From the NCBI GenBank assembly GCA_013265495.1, contig MU057801.1, positions 496,001-560,000 of the forward strand: 64,000 nucleotides of DNA. The letters run 5' to 3'. The notes beneath the pieces are model-generated. The model made no database searches and was not told the DNA's origin. It worked only from the letters and a program-made list of their open reading frames with translations. Made by a program: the position numbers and the translations under genes. Origin of the DNA: Vicugna vicugna (Eukaryota). Below are positions 1-12,129 of the stretch, in pieces (the stretch's first letter is position 1; each line of letters opens with the position of its first letter).

Positions 1-3000
1 CAGAAGTCACCCAATCAGAAGAGCAGACAGAAAAGCAAATAAAAACCAATGGTAACAATCTAAGGGACCTATGGGATAACATAAAACGTGCCAATCTGTG
101 CATAATATGGGTCCCAGAAGAAGAAGACAGAGAAAAGGGGTCAGAAAAGGTATTTGAAGAAATCATGACTGAAACCTTTCCAAACCTAAAGAAGGAATCA
201 GATATCCAAGTACAGGAAGCACAGAGGGTCTCCAACAAGAAGAACCCAGACAGACCTATACCAAGACATATTATAATTAAGATGCCAAAGTTAAAGAAAT
301 GATTCTAAAGGCAGCAAGAGAAAAAGGGTGAGTTATAAGGGAGCCCCCATGAGGCTTTCAGCTGATTTCTTTACACAGACACTGCTGGTCAGAAGGGAGG
401 GGCAAGATATATTCAAAGTCCTGATTGAAAAAAATCTGCAACCTAGGATACTTTATCTGGCAAGACTATCCTTTAGAATAGAAGGAGAGAGAATTTCACA
501 GACAAGGAAAAACTAAAAGAATTCAGCAATACTAACCCTACTCTAAAAGAAATGTTGAAAGGTCTACTCTAAATAGAAAAGAAGTAGGAAGCTATAGAAA
601 TGAGGAAATCATAACTGGAAATGCAATAACTACAATGAGTTGCAAGAGAATAAACATGAAGATGTATAAGAAGACATCAAAATCATCAAAGGTGGGAGAG
701 GGGAGCAAGAAAATATAGATTTATTTTCTCTCTTCTTTTTTTTTTCTTTCTTTTTAGTATGTATTTGAGCCTACAAGACTATCAGTTTAAAGCAAACAGA
801 TGCATTAATGGGTTAATATACTTGAAAAACAGGGTAACCACAAGTCAAAAGCATACACTGGAGTCACACAACCCAAAAAGAAACCAAGCTAATACAAAAA
901 AATGTATCAAACCACAAAAAAAGGGGAAAGAAAGGAACAGAGAAGAAATACCAAATCAACTGGAAAACAAAAGTTTGAAATGGCCATAAGCACACATCTA
1001 TCAATAATTACTGCAAATGTCAATGGACTAAATGCTCCAGTCAAAACACACAGAGTGGCAGATGGGATAATAAAATAAAAGCCTACAATGTGCTGCCTAC
1101 CAGAGACCCACTTTAGAGTGAAGGACACATAGATTGAAAGTGAGAGGGTGGAAAAAGATGTTCCATGCAAATGGAAATGGCAAGAAAGCAGGAGTAGCAA
1201 TACTCATATCAGACAGAATAGACTTTAGAATATAGACCATAAAGAAAGATACTATATAATGATTAAAGGAGCAATACAAGATGAGGATATTGCACTTGTT
1301 AACATATATGCACCCAATATAGGAGCACCTAAATATATAAAATACTAACAGACATAAAGGGAGAAACTGATGGGAATACAATGGTAGTAGGAGACTTTAA
1401 CACCCCACTAATATCACTGGACAGGTCTTCCAGACACGAAATCAATAAGGCAGCAGAGATACTAAATGACAATAGAACCGTTGGCCTTGGTTGATACTTT
1501 TAGGACACTACATCCCCAAAATACAGAATGTACATTCTTACCAAGTGTGCATGGAAAATTCTCTAGGGAAGATCACAAGCCTGGGCACAAAAGAAGCCTC
1601 AACAAATTTAAGAGGATAGAAATTAAACAACACGCTACTAAAAAACCAATGGGTCGATGATGAAATCAAAGAGGAAATTAAAAAATACTTTGAGACAAAC
1701 ATCAATGAAAACACAACCACACAAAATCTAGGGACGCAGCAAAAGCAGTCGTAAGAGGGAACTTCACAGTGATTCCCCAAAAAACAAGAACAGTCTCAAA
1801 TAAACAACCTAACCTGCCACCTGAAAGAATTAGAAAAAGAACAAACAAAACCTAAAGTCAGCAGAAGGAAGGAAATAATAAAGATCAGGGAGGAAATAAA
1901 TAAAATAGAGATTAAAAAACAATAGAAAAAATCAATCAAACAGGAGCTGCTTTTTTGAAAGAGTAAACAAAATTGACAAACCTCTGGCCGGGCTCACCAG
2001 GAAGAAAAGAGAGAGAACACAAATAAACACAACAAGAAAGGAAAATGGAGAGATTACAACCAACACCACAGAAACACAAAAAGTCATAAGAGAATATGCT
2101 GAAAAACGGTATGGCAGCAAACTGGACAACCCAGAAGAAGTGAACACATTTCTAGAAACATACAGTCCACCAAGACTGAATCAAGAAGAAATAGATCATT
2201 TGAACAGACCAGTCACTACAAGTGAAATAGAATCAGCAATAAAAAAATCTCCCTGCAAACAAAAGTCCAGGACCAGATGGCTTCACTGGGGAATTCTACC
2301 AAACAAAGAACTCATATTGATCTTTCTCACACTCTTCCAAAGGATTAAAGAGGAGGGAATGCTCCCAGACTCATTCTATGAAGCCACCATCACCCTGATA
2401 CCAAAGCCAGACAAAGACACTACCAAAAAAGAAATCTATAGGCTAATGCTGGTAATGAACACAGATGCAAAAATCCTCAACAAAATATTAGCAAACAGAC
2501 TCCAACAGCACATAAAAAAGACCATACACCATGATCAAGCTGGATTCATCGCAGGGACACAAGGGTGGCTCAACATACGGAAATCAACCAATATGATACA
2601 CCACATCCAAAGGGAAAGGACAAAAACCACATGATCATCTCAATAGATGCAGGGAAACCATTTGATAAAATTCAACACCCATTTATGATAAAAACTCTTA
2701 CCAAAGTGACTACAGAGGGAACATGTCTCAACATAATAAAAGCTATTTATGACAAACCTACAGCCAGCATAATACTCAATGGTGAAAAGTTTAAAGCCCT
2801 CCCGCTGAAATCTAGAACAAGACAAGGATGCCCGCCCTCACTACTTCTATTTAATCTATCATTGGAAGTCCTAGCCACAGCAGTCAGACAAGTAAAAAAA
2901 TAAAAAGGATCCAAATTGGAAGAGAAAAGGTAAAATTGTCACTATATGTGGATGTCCTGATACCATATATAGAAAACCCTAAAGGCTCCACACAAAAACT

Positions 3001-4082
3001 ACTAGAGCTGATAAAAGAATTTGGCAAGGTAGCAGGTCACAAGATTAACATACAGAAATCAGTTGTATTTCTTTACACTAACAATGAAATATCAGAAAAG
3101 GATAGTAAAGAAACAATCCCTTTTGAAACTGCATCCCCCAAAATAAAATACTTAGGAATAAATCTGACCCAGAAGGTGAAAGACTTACATGTGGAGAACT
3201 ACAAAACACTGATTAAGGAAATTAGAGATGACTTAAAGAAATGGAAAGATATCCCATATTCTTGGATTGGAGGAATTGATACTGTTAAAATGGCCAAACT
3301 AACCAAAGCAATCTACAGATCTAATGCTATCCCTATCAAATTACCCAGGACATTTTTCACACTAGAACAAGACACACTGTTTTCCATCGATGGAAAACAG
3401 TATGGAGATTCCTCAAAAGGCTAAAAATAGACTCACTGTATGATCCAGCAATCCCACTCCTAGGCATATATATCCAGAGGGAACCTTAATTCAAAAAGAT
3501 ACATGCACCCCGATGTTCATAGCAACATGGTTTACAATGGACAAGACATGGAAACAGTGTAAATGTCCAACAACAGATGACTGGATAAAGAAGTTGTGGT
3601 AAATTTATACAATGGAATACTACTCAGCCATAAAAAAGAATAAAATAATGCCATTTGCAGCAACATGGATGGACCTGGAGGTTGTCATTCTAAGTGAAGT
3701 AAGCTAGAAAAAGAAAGAAAAATACTGTATGATATCACTCATATATGGAATCTTAAAAAAAAAGACAAATGAACTTATTTACAAAACAGAAACAGACTCA
3801 CAGACATAGAAAATAGACTTATGGTTACCAGGGGAGGAAGGGATAAATTGGGAGTTTGAGATTTGCAGATACTAACTACTGTATATAAAATAGATAAACA
3901 ACAAGTTTATACTGTATAGCACAGAGAACTATATTCAATATCTTGTAGTAACATATAATGAAAAAGAATATGAAAACAAATATATGTGTATGTATGACTG
4001 AACTATTATGCTGTACACCAGAAACTGATACAACATTGTAAACTGACTATACTGCAATTTTAAAAAAAGAAAGAAAAGAAAG
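1..4082 (+). mobile_element. LINE-1, relatively young, 5' end outside window; degraded ORF1 3' part, inter-ORF spacer, ORF2 with internal deletions, 3'UTR and A-rich tail; in the last intron of CFAP61
   Basis: ORF1-like peptide (PMRLSADF..LQPRILYLARLSF). ORF2 ATG at ~980 with endonuclease-like start. RT peptides (DSFYEATITLIPKPDKD, TRQGCP, degenerate YVDV for [13 protein letters not shown]). L1 3'UTR and A-rich tail at ~4061-4082. Many frameshifts and stops. Confidence 0.95.
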
Positions 4083-4454
4083 CAGATTGCCTTCACTCAA
4101 AAATTACAATTCCTTTTCTCAAATACTGAGATGATGTAACCCACTGAATTTCACTTTCTACCTTACCTTCAGGGAAGTACAGAAGTTCAGTCCTATTAAC
4201 TATGACGTCCCCAAGCTGTTTATCCATTTTCCTCTCCTTCCACATGTGGAGAAAGAAATAAAAAACTATTACCTATGACTCAGTGTAAGTCATATATAGA
4301 TTATAAACCTGCATAGTGTTTATTTTTTTTAAAAATCATTTTAAGACATCTCAAGTCCTTTTGTGTAAGTGAAAATGGGAACAGATTATAAACCCACTGG
4401 CACTGCATTTAGCTGTGGCTGAAGCCAAGGTGAAATTCTGTATCGTCAGAATCA

Positions 4455-7290
4455 TCCTTCAAAGTCCTCTAAGAAAGATATGACAATTATAAACATGTAT
4501 GAACAACAACAGAACCCTACAGTGTATGAAGGAAATACTGATGGAATTGGGGAAAAATAGTTTTAAGATGATAGTTGGAGACTTTGAAATACCACTTTCA
4601 GTCATGGATAGGACCACCAGGTAGACGATTAATAAGGAGACAGAGGACTTGAACAGCCGGGTACACCAGCCAGACCTCGCTGTGCACAGAGCACTCGGCT
4701 CCCCCGCAGCAGGATGTACGTTCTTCTCTGGGGCACATGGGACGTCCTCCAGGACAGGCTGTGACATAAGTGTCAGTTAAGTTTTAAAAGATCTAAATCA
4801 TGCAAAGTATATTCCCCAACCTCAGTGAAATGAGCCTGGTAATCAACTAGAAGTGGAATAACAGGTTTTTAAGCAATTTCTTGCTTTCAAAGAAGAAATC
4901 AAATGGAGTATTAGAAATGCTTAGAGACAAATGAAAATGAAAACACAACAGACCAAAATTTATGTGATGCACAGTGAAAACAGTTTTCAGAAGGAAATCT
5001 ATAGCTGTAAATGATTCCATTGAAAAAAAAAGGTGGTGGGGGGGGCAGACTTCAAATCAATAACCTAATCTTACCCCTTACGGAGCTAGAGAATGAAAAC
5101 CAGACTAAACCCAGTGCGAGCACAAGGAAGGAAATCATCATTCGACTGGAGATAAATGAAACAGAGACTAGAAGAAGGACAGAGAAAATTGGCAAAACAA
5201 AGCGTTGGTTCTTTAAAAAGGTCAAAATTAATAAACCTTTAGCTAGACTGACCAAAAAAAAAGAACTCAAATTCCTGATGAAATGGAAGTGGGGACATTT
5301 CTTGCAGAAATAATGGTTTAAAAGAATGCTATGAACAGTGTATGCCAACCAAATAGAGAACCTAGATGAAACAGACGAATTCCTAGAAACACACAAACTA
5401 CAAAAGCTGACTCAAGAAGAAACAGAAAATCTCAGCAGACCTATCGTTCGTAAAGATACCGAGTCAGGGATCCAAACCCTCCTGACAGAGAATCCCCAGA
5501 CCGGGCGGCCTCCCTGATGAATTCCACCGAGCACTTAAAGAAGAATTAACACCAGTCCTTCTCAAACTTCTCCAATAAAATAGAAGAGCAAGGGAAACGC
5601 CCGAGGCCAGCACGGCCCTGATACCAAATCCAGACCAAGACGTCGAAAGAAAACTACAGAACGACGTCCCTATGAATTTCAATGCAGAAATCTTCAACAG
5701 AACACAGCAGACTAAATCCAGCAGCATATTTAGGAGATTGTGTACCATATCCCACGAATGTAAGAGTGGGTCAGCATAATGAAAATTAATCAGTGTAATG
5801 CACAGCATTCCTAAAATGAAAGGGGGGAAATGCTATACTCTCAATTGATGCAGAAAAGGCATCTGACTAAATCAAACATGGTCTCGTGGTAAAAACATTA
5901 AAAAGCCCAGAAATAGAAGGAAACTGGCCCAACCTGATTGAGAGCGTCTATGAATGGCCCACGGCTAACAGCACGCTCAGCGGTGAGAGACTGAAGTTCT
6001 TCCTCCGAGACCCGGAACGAGGCAAGGATGCCCACTCTCACAACTTCCATTCAGCACTGTACTGGGAGCTCTAGCCACAGCAGTTAGGCAGGAAAAGGAA
6101 ATAAAAGGCATCCACGTTTGAAAGGAAAACTGTCTCTTTTCTCAAATGACATAATCTTATTTAATAAAATCCTAGAGAATCACAAAATAGTATTAGAGAT
6201 AGTAGATAGAGTCAGCAGTTACAGGGCTGTACACCAACACACAACAGTCAGTCGTCGACATTACAATCAATGATCCAAAATGACATTAAGAAAACAATTC
6301 CATTTGCAATGGCATCAAAAAGAATAAAACAACCAGGCATGTATTTAAGGAGGAGGTACAAGATCTGTACACTGAGAAGCAGGAAACATTTCTGAAAGAA
6401 GCTCAAGATGACCTTAATAATGAAAAGACATCTGTGTTCATGGACTAGAAGACTTAATATTCCTAAGACAGCAACCCTATGCAAAGCACGCTATAGATTC
6501 AGGGCAATCCTATAAAAATCCCCATGGTATTTTTTTTTTTTTTAGAAATGGAAACACCAATCCTGAAGCTCATATGGAAATGCAAGAGATTTCAAATAGC
6601 TAAAACAATTTTGGGAATAAAAAAAGTTGAAGGACACGCACTTTGCAATTTCAAAACTTAATACAAATCAGTAAGCAGGACAGTATGGCAGCGAATTAAG
6701 GACAGACACAGAGATCCATGGAACAAAATCAAGAGTCCAAAGTAACCCCATCTACACGAAGAGATGTTAACATCATTAATCATTAAGGAAATACGAAGCT
6801 GAACAGCAGTGAGATACCACTTCACACCCACTAGGATGGCTACCGTAAAGGAAAAAAAAACAGGAAATAATGAGCGTTGGCAAGGATGTGGGAAAACTGG
6901 AACTCTCGCACATTGCTGGTGGGAATGTAAAATCATCACGCAGTTGCTGTGGGGAAACGGTTTGATGGTTCCTAAAAGCTTACAGACAGAATTACCATAT
7001 GGCCGAGCCACTGCTGTCCTAGGTGTACAGCCCAAAGACCTGAAAATCAGTGTCCAGATGAGTACTTGCCTATGACTGTTCATTGCAGCACCATTCAGAA
7101 TTACAAGACGGAAGAAAGAACCCCAATGTCTGTCAGCGGACCACCGGGTAACTAGATGTGGTCTCTCCATACAAAGGAAACTTCATGTGCCATAAAAGCA
7201 GTGTAGTACTGATACATTCTAGAAAGGGGACGAATCTCAGAACATTACGGTAAATGAAAGAAGCCAGACACAAAAGGTCACGTATGAGGC
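4455..7290 (+). mobile_element. Older, more diverged LINE-1 (L1M-type) ORF2 and 3' fragments
   Basis: L1 ORF2-like stretches (RYHFTPTRMA..HCWWECK; CAAAAGCTGACTCAAGAAGAAACAGAAAATCT) with heavy divergence and an internal jump near 6750. Confidence 0.85.
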
Positions 7291-8439
7291 CTCGGGAGGT
7301 GAGCTGTTCACAGGTGAGCTGGCCCGGAGGGGCGGTGGTCACACCGCGAGCAGCCACCCCAGGAGAGGCAAATGCACAAGAATCCTTCTCTAATCTAGAG
7401 CAGTATTTGTCTTGCATAAATTTAAAAGTTCCATTTTGTGACTTTACACCATTTACCCCAATGTTAGAATAGCATCACACAAGATGAGCCCAAAATCCTC
7501 AATAATTTTTGTAAATTCATTGTTTATGTTTGATACAATTTTTCTGAAAGATTAAGGGAGAAAGAACCAACCTCATATATACCGCATATATGCTCAGGGA
7601 CTCAAATGTTTCAGCACCTCTAATATTTAGTTCTGGGTACCACTTGCCTTCTTCTCTCTCACTGTCTGTGCTGAGTGCATGAAGTCCTGGACCCGCACTG
7701 ACTGTTCTTCCGAGCAATGTGTGTGTAACCTCCCACACCTGGTTGTGTCTTGCTTAAATAACCAAGTGATAATTATCTTACGTCTCTGTATAGTGTGAAT
7801 ATATTTTTCCATCTGTAAGTTCGTACTGTTAATAAATTAAGGATCCAGTAGAATTCTGCAAATTATCCACTTTTTTTTCTGTTAAAAATAAAAAGAAGTA
7901 TTGGAAGTTCAAATGAATATACCATCAAAGTCCATGTTCCCTTAGGGTAATTTTCAATGATCGTGGTGTTCAGGAGGCACACAAACCTCGGTGAAGTGCT
8001 CTTTCTAACAACCCTCCCACAGACGGGCGGGCAGCTGATGTAGCAGATACTGCAGCATGTCAGCCCAGGAGGCAGGTGGTGTGTGTGCAGCTGCAAACTG
8101 CCCCATTCTGTCACCTGGCCTCTAGGTTTGAATATTTTTATATTAAAATGTTGGGGAAATATTATAAATATGTACAGCATATGATTCTCAACTTCAAATA
8201 ACTTTATTCTCTCTTAGCCTCATCTTTCAAGATATCAGTGACATTTCGCTTTACTAAGAATTCATTCTAGGGTTTTAAAAATCCTATTTCTTGGGGACTG
8301 TAACCAGATATAGTAAACCATCTAGGAGTTTTCATGCAAAAAATGTTGAATTGCTTCCTTTCTTATTTTTAAGATAAGCATGCTCTACAGGTAATTTTTA
8401 TCTGAAAATTAAGACCTTAAAATCACTCTCCTTGCTGAA

Positions 8440-8787
8440 CCTTAAAGACATTATGCTAAGTGAAGTAAGCCAATCACAAAAAGACAAATAGTGTTTAATT
8501 CCATTTATGTGAGGTGCCTAAAATAGTCAAATTCATAGACACAGAGAGTGGAAGGGTGGTTGCCAGGGGCTGGGAGGAGCGGGTGGGGAGTCAGTGTTAA
8601 AATAGATAAACTGATGCAATTTGGGGGGGGATGACCGTCCTGGAAGTGGATGGTGGTGACGGCTGCACAACAACGTGAGTGTCCTTAACGCCTCTGAATT
8701 GTGCACTTTAAAATGGTTGAAGTGGTAAATTTTACATCATGTGTGTCTTACCATAGTAAAAAAAAAAATTAACCAATAAAAAAAAAG
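8440..8787 (+). mobile_element. L1M 3'-end fragment
   Basis: GACATTATGCTAAGTGAAGTAAGCCAATCACAAAAAGACAAATA...GTGGTTGCCAGGGGCTGG...GGTGGTGACGGCTGCACAAC, ending in an A-rich tail. Confidence 0.85.
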
Positions 8788-8879
8788 ATCAACGTCAGGG
8801 AGTTTTAGTGAACCTGCCCTCTTACTGTGGCATTAAGTCCAAGTCATTTCGGTCTCTGGACCCTCACTGTCTTTTCCAG

Positions 8880-9080
8880 GGGGAAAGCCTTCCTTCCATA
8901 GAAGAGTTAGCCCGGCAGATGGAAGATGAGGAGATTAACCTGCCCGAGAAGCCCAGGACGTACCTCAAACGAGTTTTCCGGGAGAGCATCTACAAGCCGC
9001 TGGTGGAGCGGAGCATCCTTGACTACCTGCGCTATAATCACTACCACCTGCCCATGTACGCGTGGCCAGGCATCATTTAG
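8880..9080 (+). CDS. CFAP61: Terminal coding exon of cilia- and flagella-associated protein 61
   Basis: Acceptor cttttccag|G at 8879/8880. Peptide GESLPSIEELARQMEDEEINLPEKPRTYLKRVFRESIYKPLVERSILDYLRYNHYHLPMYAWPGII* matches the recalled CFAP61 C-terminus. Synteny upstream of INSM1. Confidence 0.9.
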   Translation, partial: GESLPSIEELARQMEDEEINLPEKPRTYLKRVFRESIYKPLVERSILDYLRYNHYHLPMYAWPGII

Positions 9081-9335
9081 CTGCGGCCGCCGTCTCCGCG
9101 TGATCGTTTCCGCACGTGTCGCCCGGGGGAGCGCTGTGTGGGAACAGGAAACCTCTGAAGCCCGGCTGCACCATCGGACACCGGCTTGGATTGGTCCTTT
9201 CTCCTCCGCGCCCACCTCTGCCTGTAGTTTTCTATCTTCCCAGTAGGTGGCGCACGGCAGCGCCTCTCGATCCTGGGGCAGGGAGCCGCTCCACCAACGC
9301 CAGGCGTGCTCCCGGGCAGAGACACGCATGTTAGC

Positions 9336-9341
9336 AATAAA
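9336..9341 (+). terminator. CFAP61 polyadenylation signal
   Basis: AATAAA about 255 nt after the stop, followed by GT-rich sequence (cgttgtcttt). Confidence 0.7.
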
Positions 9342-11459
9342 GTGGGATCGTACCGTTGTCTTTACCTTGGGCGTGATTCTGCTTGGTTTCCTGAAAAGTC
9401 CTGTGAGTCCCTTACACGTCTACCCCATCATACTCGGAGGGCGATTAAAAAAAAAAAGAAAGAAAGAAAACGGTGTGTCCAGGATGGAAAATAGTGAAAA
9501 CAGATGATGGTAAATGAACTCTGTAATTCAACATCAGAAGCACTGATGGCTTAGGAAAGTTTACAGGAACTTTTGAAATGAGGAGGCTGCTACCACAGCC
9601 CCTGGATTTCTACTTCCTGTTTCCGATCACGGGCATAAAAGCACCGAAAATCTGGCAGAGCAAGACAGGGCCACACACGGGTTTTAGATAAGAAAACCTT
9701 AGTGGGAAATTAACCAAGGTCGTTTCCTTGGACCCTTGGTGCTGTTGCTTTGCATGGGGGCTCTCTGGTACGTGTCACCTGTGATGTGAGTCAGAAGCCT
9801 CTTTCTTAAAAATAAAGCAAATTAGGTGCCTACTAGAAAACCGTATGGATTCAGGGTCAACACACAAGACTATTTTCGTTTATTTGGACCTCTTTTAGCA
9901 GATAGTGTGATACAGTTTGTCTGAGTTTTTGAGCAGCAGGGCTTCAGACTGGCTTTTGTGGACATAATTCCAGTTTTTGTTCTTTTTTTGTATTTATGTT
10001 AACATTTAGCAAAAGTTGGCACAATTCCAGTGACTACACAGCTATTTGGGGGAAGGGTCATAGCTGGCAGGGCAATTCTACACCCGTTAACAAACTGCTG
10101 CTTCTCAATGACAAAGTCATTCTGGAGCATCGGACTCCGATTTTCCCAAGGCAGGCAAGGAACAAACTCCACTCATTCCTTCACACGTATGTTTTACAGA
10201 AACGCACGGGTCATTTCGAGGGTAGGCCCAGCTCTGACCATATGGTACAGATTGTGTAACACGAGTGGGGAACAATCACTGCTGGTCCCTCTTCAACCTG
10301 CAAACCCAGCACACTTGGAACCATATTTCAGGGCCTGCGAATGAGTCAAGAAACTCTCCTTCCCTAACCGCCCCCCACCACCACTCCCAGCCCCAGAGGC
10401 CCTGGGTCAGATTCATCGGCAAATAGAGTGAGTTTCTGTGACAGGCCCTGGGACCTTGAATGGAGATGAACAGAACAACCAGTTAGAGGATCAACAGTAG
10501 TAATTTCTTTGACCAAGTACTACCATTACAAAGCTTCTGGTCACAAAAAAAAGTGACCCCAAATGACACTGCCAACCTTAACATCAAATCATGCATCATT
10601 TATAGTAAGTTTTCCTTTGCTGCTTTTTAAAAGTCGTCTGTAAGTATCCTGGTAGATTTGAAAATGTCTAGAATACGATCTACTCTAGAATTGGATGAAG
10701 TAACTAATCATCGTCCCACATTCTGAGTGTGAGTAATTTCCTGAAGCTAGACGGAAATTTCAGCATACACGTGCAGATTTGAGCATTTTATCACCAAGGA
10801 ACAACTTTTCTAAGAATAAGAGACAACCCAACAGTTGTTGATCATAGCTTGAAAATGTCTGTTTCGAGGGCTGCAGGAGAATACAGGCATTTACTCCTCC
10901 GGGATCATAAACCCTGGCAAAAGAAAGCGCTTCCGAGAGGCCAACACGTGGCCCTCCCTCCGCCGCCCCGGCAGAGCTTCTGTACAGCCCCTCTATGCTA
11001 CGCCTGTGCCGGTCAGCCCGGGAGGCGGGAGCTCTTGGAAGTCTGTAGTTTTGAACAAAGACTGCTGACAGAAAAACACCAAAGGTCAATTCCCCACGTG
11101 CTATTCCCACACAGGAGACGCAGCACCCATGCGCGTAGAGGCCCTAATGCTCTCCTGACACGTGTGGGTTTGTACTAGAATGTGGCCCCCTCCTTTCCAA
11201 AAAAACAGCTCCTTAGATCACACCCAAATGTCCCAGGAAGGCAAACGAAAAATAGAAGGGGAGGTGGGAGAGGAAAAGGAACAGTGCATGGAGGATAAAA
11301 TACGGAGCCAGCCAATCAATACTGACCCTCAGAAGAGGGTGTGTGCGTGTGTGCACGTGTGCACGCGCCCGCGCGAGAGCCAGGGAGAGCGCACGGGTGC
11401 ACCCGGCTCCGGGTGCGCCGTGGACCTGGGAGAGGGGCTCGAAAGTCGCCTTGTGTGAG

Positions 11460-11660
11460 GAGCTGTTGATTGTTTTCTGGTTGAGAGAAGAGGTGATGAT
11501 AAGGCTGGGATAAAGTGCGCGCCGGGCCGGGCTGAGCGGCGCGGCAGCTGTATGCTAATACCCACAGAAACCAGCCTCCGCGTCCCCCATTAAAGCAGGC
11601 GGCCAGGAGGCCACACATCACTGAACAAATAGGCTCTCTCTAGACAAATAAAATAACACA
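11460..11660. promoter_or_regulatory. Candidate INSM1 upstream enhancer with an Ascl1(Mash1)/Brn composite motif
   Basis: CAGCTGTATGCTAAT at 11545-11559 (reverse complement ATTAGCAT-A-CAGCTG) fits the octamer-plus-E-box consensus ATT[A/T]NCAT[A/T/G]CAG[C/G]TG. GATAA sites at 11498 and 11509. Confidence 0.7.
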
Positions 11661-11677
11661 CGTTGGCCTGCGGGGAG

Positions 11678-12125
11678 CGAGCAGAGCCAGAGGGGGAGAG
11701 GAGAGGGAGGAGAGGGAGGGAGTGGGAGAGAGGAGAGGGGAGAGGGGGGAACCCTGGAGGGGAGGGGATGGAGGGGGAGAGAGGAGGGGACTCGGAGACA
11801 GGAAAAAGAAGGAGAGGGGGCAGTCTGAGGGGGAGAGGGTCAGGGGGTGGGCGAGACTGTGAGGAAGAGAGAGACAGGGGAGCAAAAGATGGGAAGAGAA
11901 GACAGGCAAGGGGGAGAGGAGGCAGGGGGTGGGCAGAGACGGGGAGAGGGAGAAAGAAAAGGGGGGGCAGAGAAGGAGGTGGGGGGAGAGTCAGAGGGAT
12001 GGGTGGGAGAAAGGAGAAGGTGGGGGTGGGAGTAAAAGAGGGCAGGAGGGGGAACACCGACACCCAAACTCAAGAGTGGCCACAGGACCAGGGGAGGGGG
12101 GTAGAGGGGAAAAGGGAGGACAGAG
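11678..12125. repeat. GA-rich polypurine low-complexity tract
   Basis: About 450 bp of almost entirely G/A on the + strand with many GGG(G) runs. Confidence 0.9.
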
Positions 12126-12129
12126 GCCC

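Noticed and set aside
2140..3424. RT-like ORFs as an active retroelement or domesticated gene
   Set aside because: Frameshifted L1 ORF2 pieces with a mutated catalytic motif (YVDV) and deletions.
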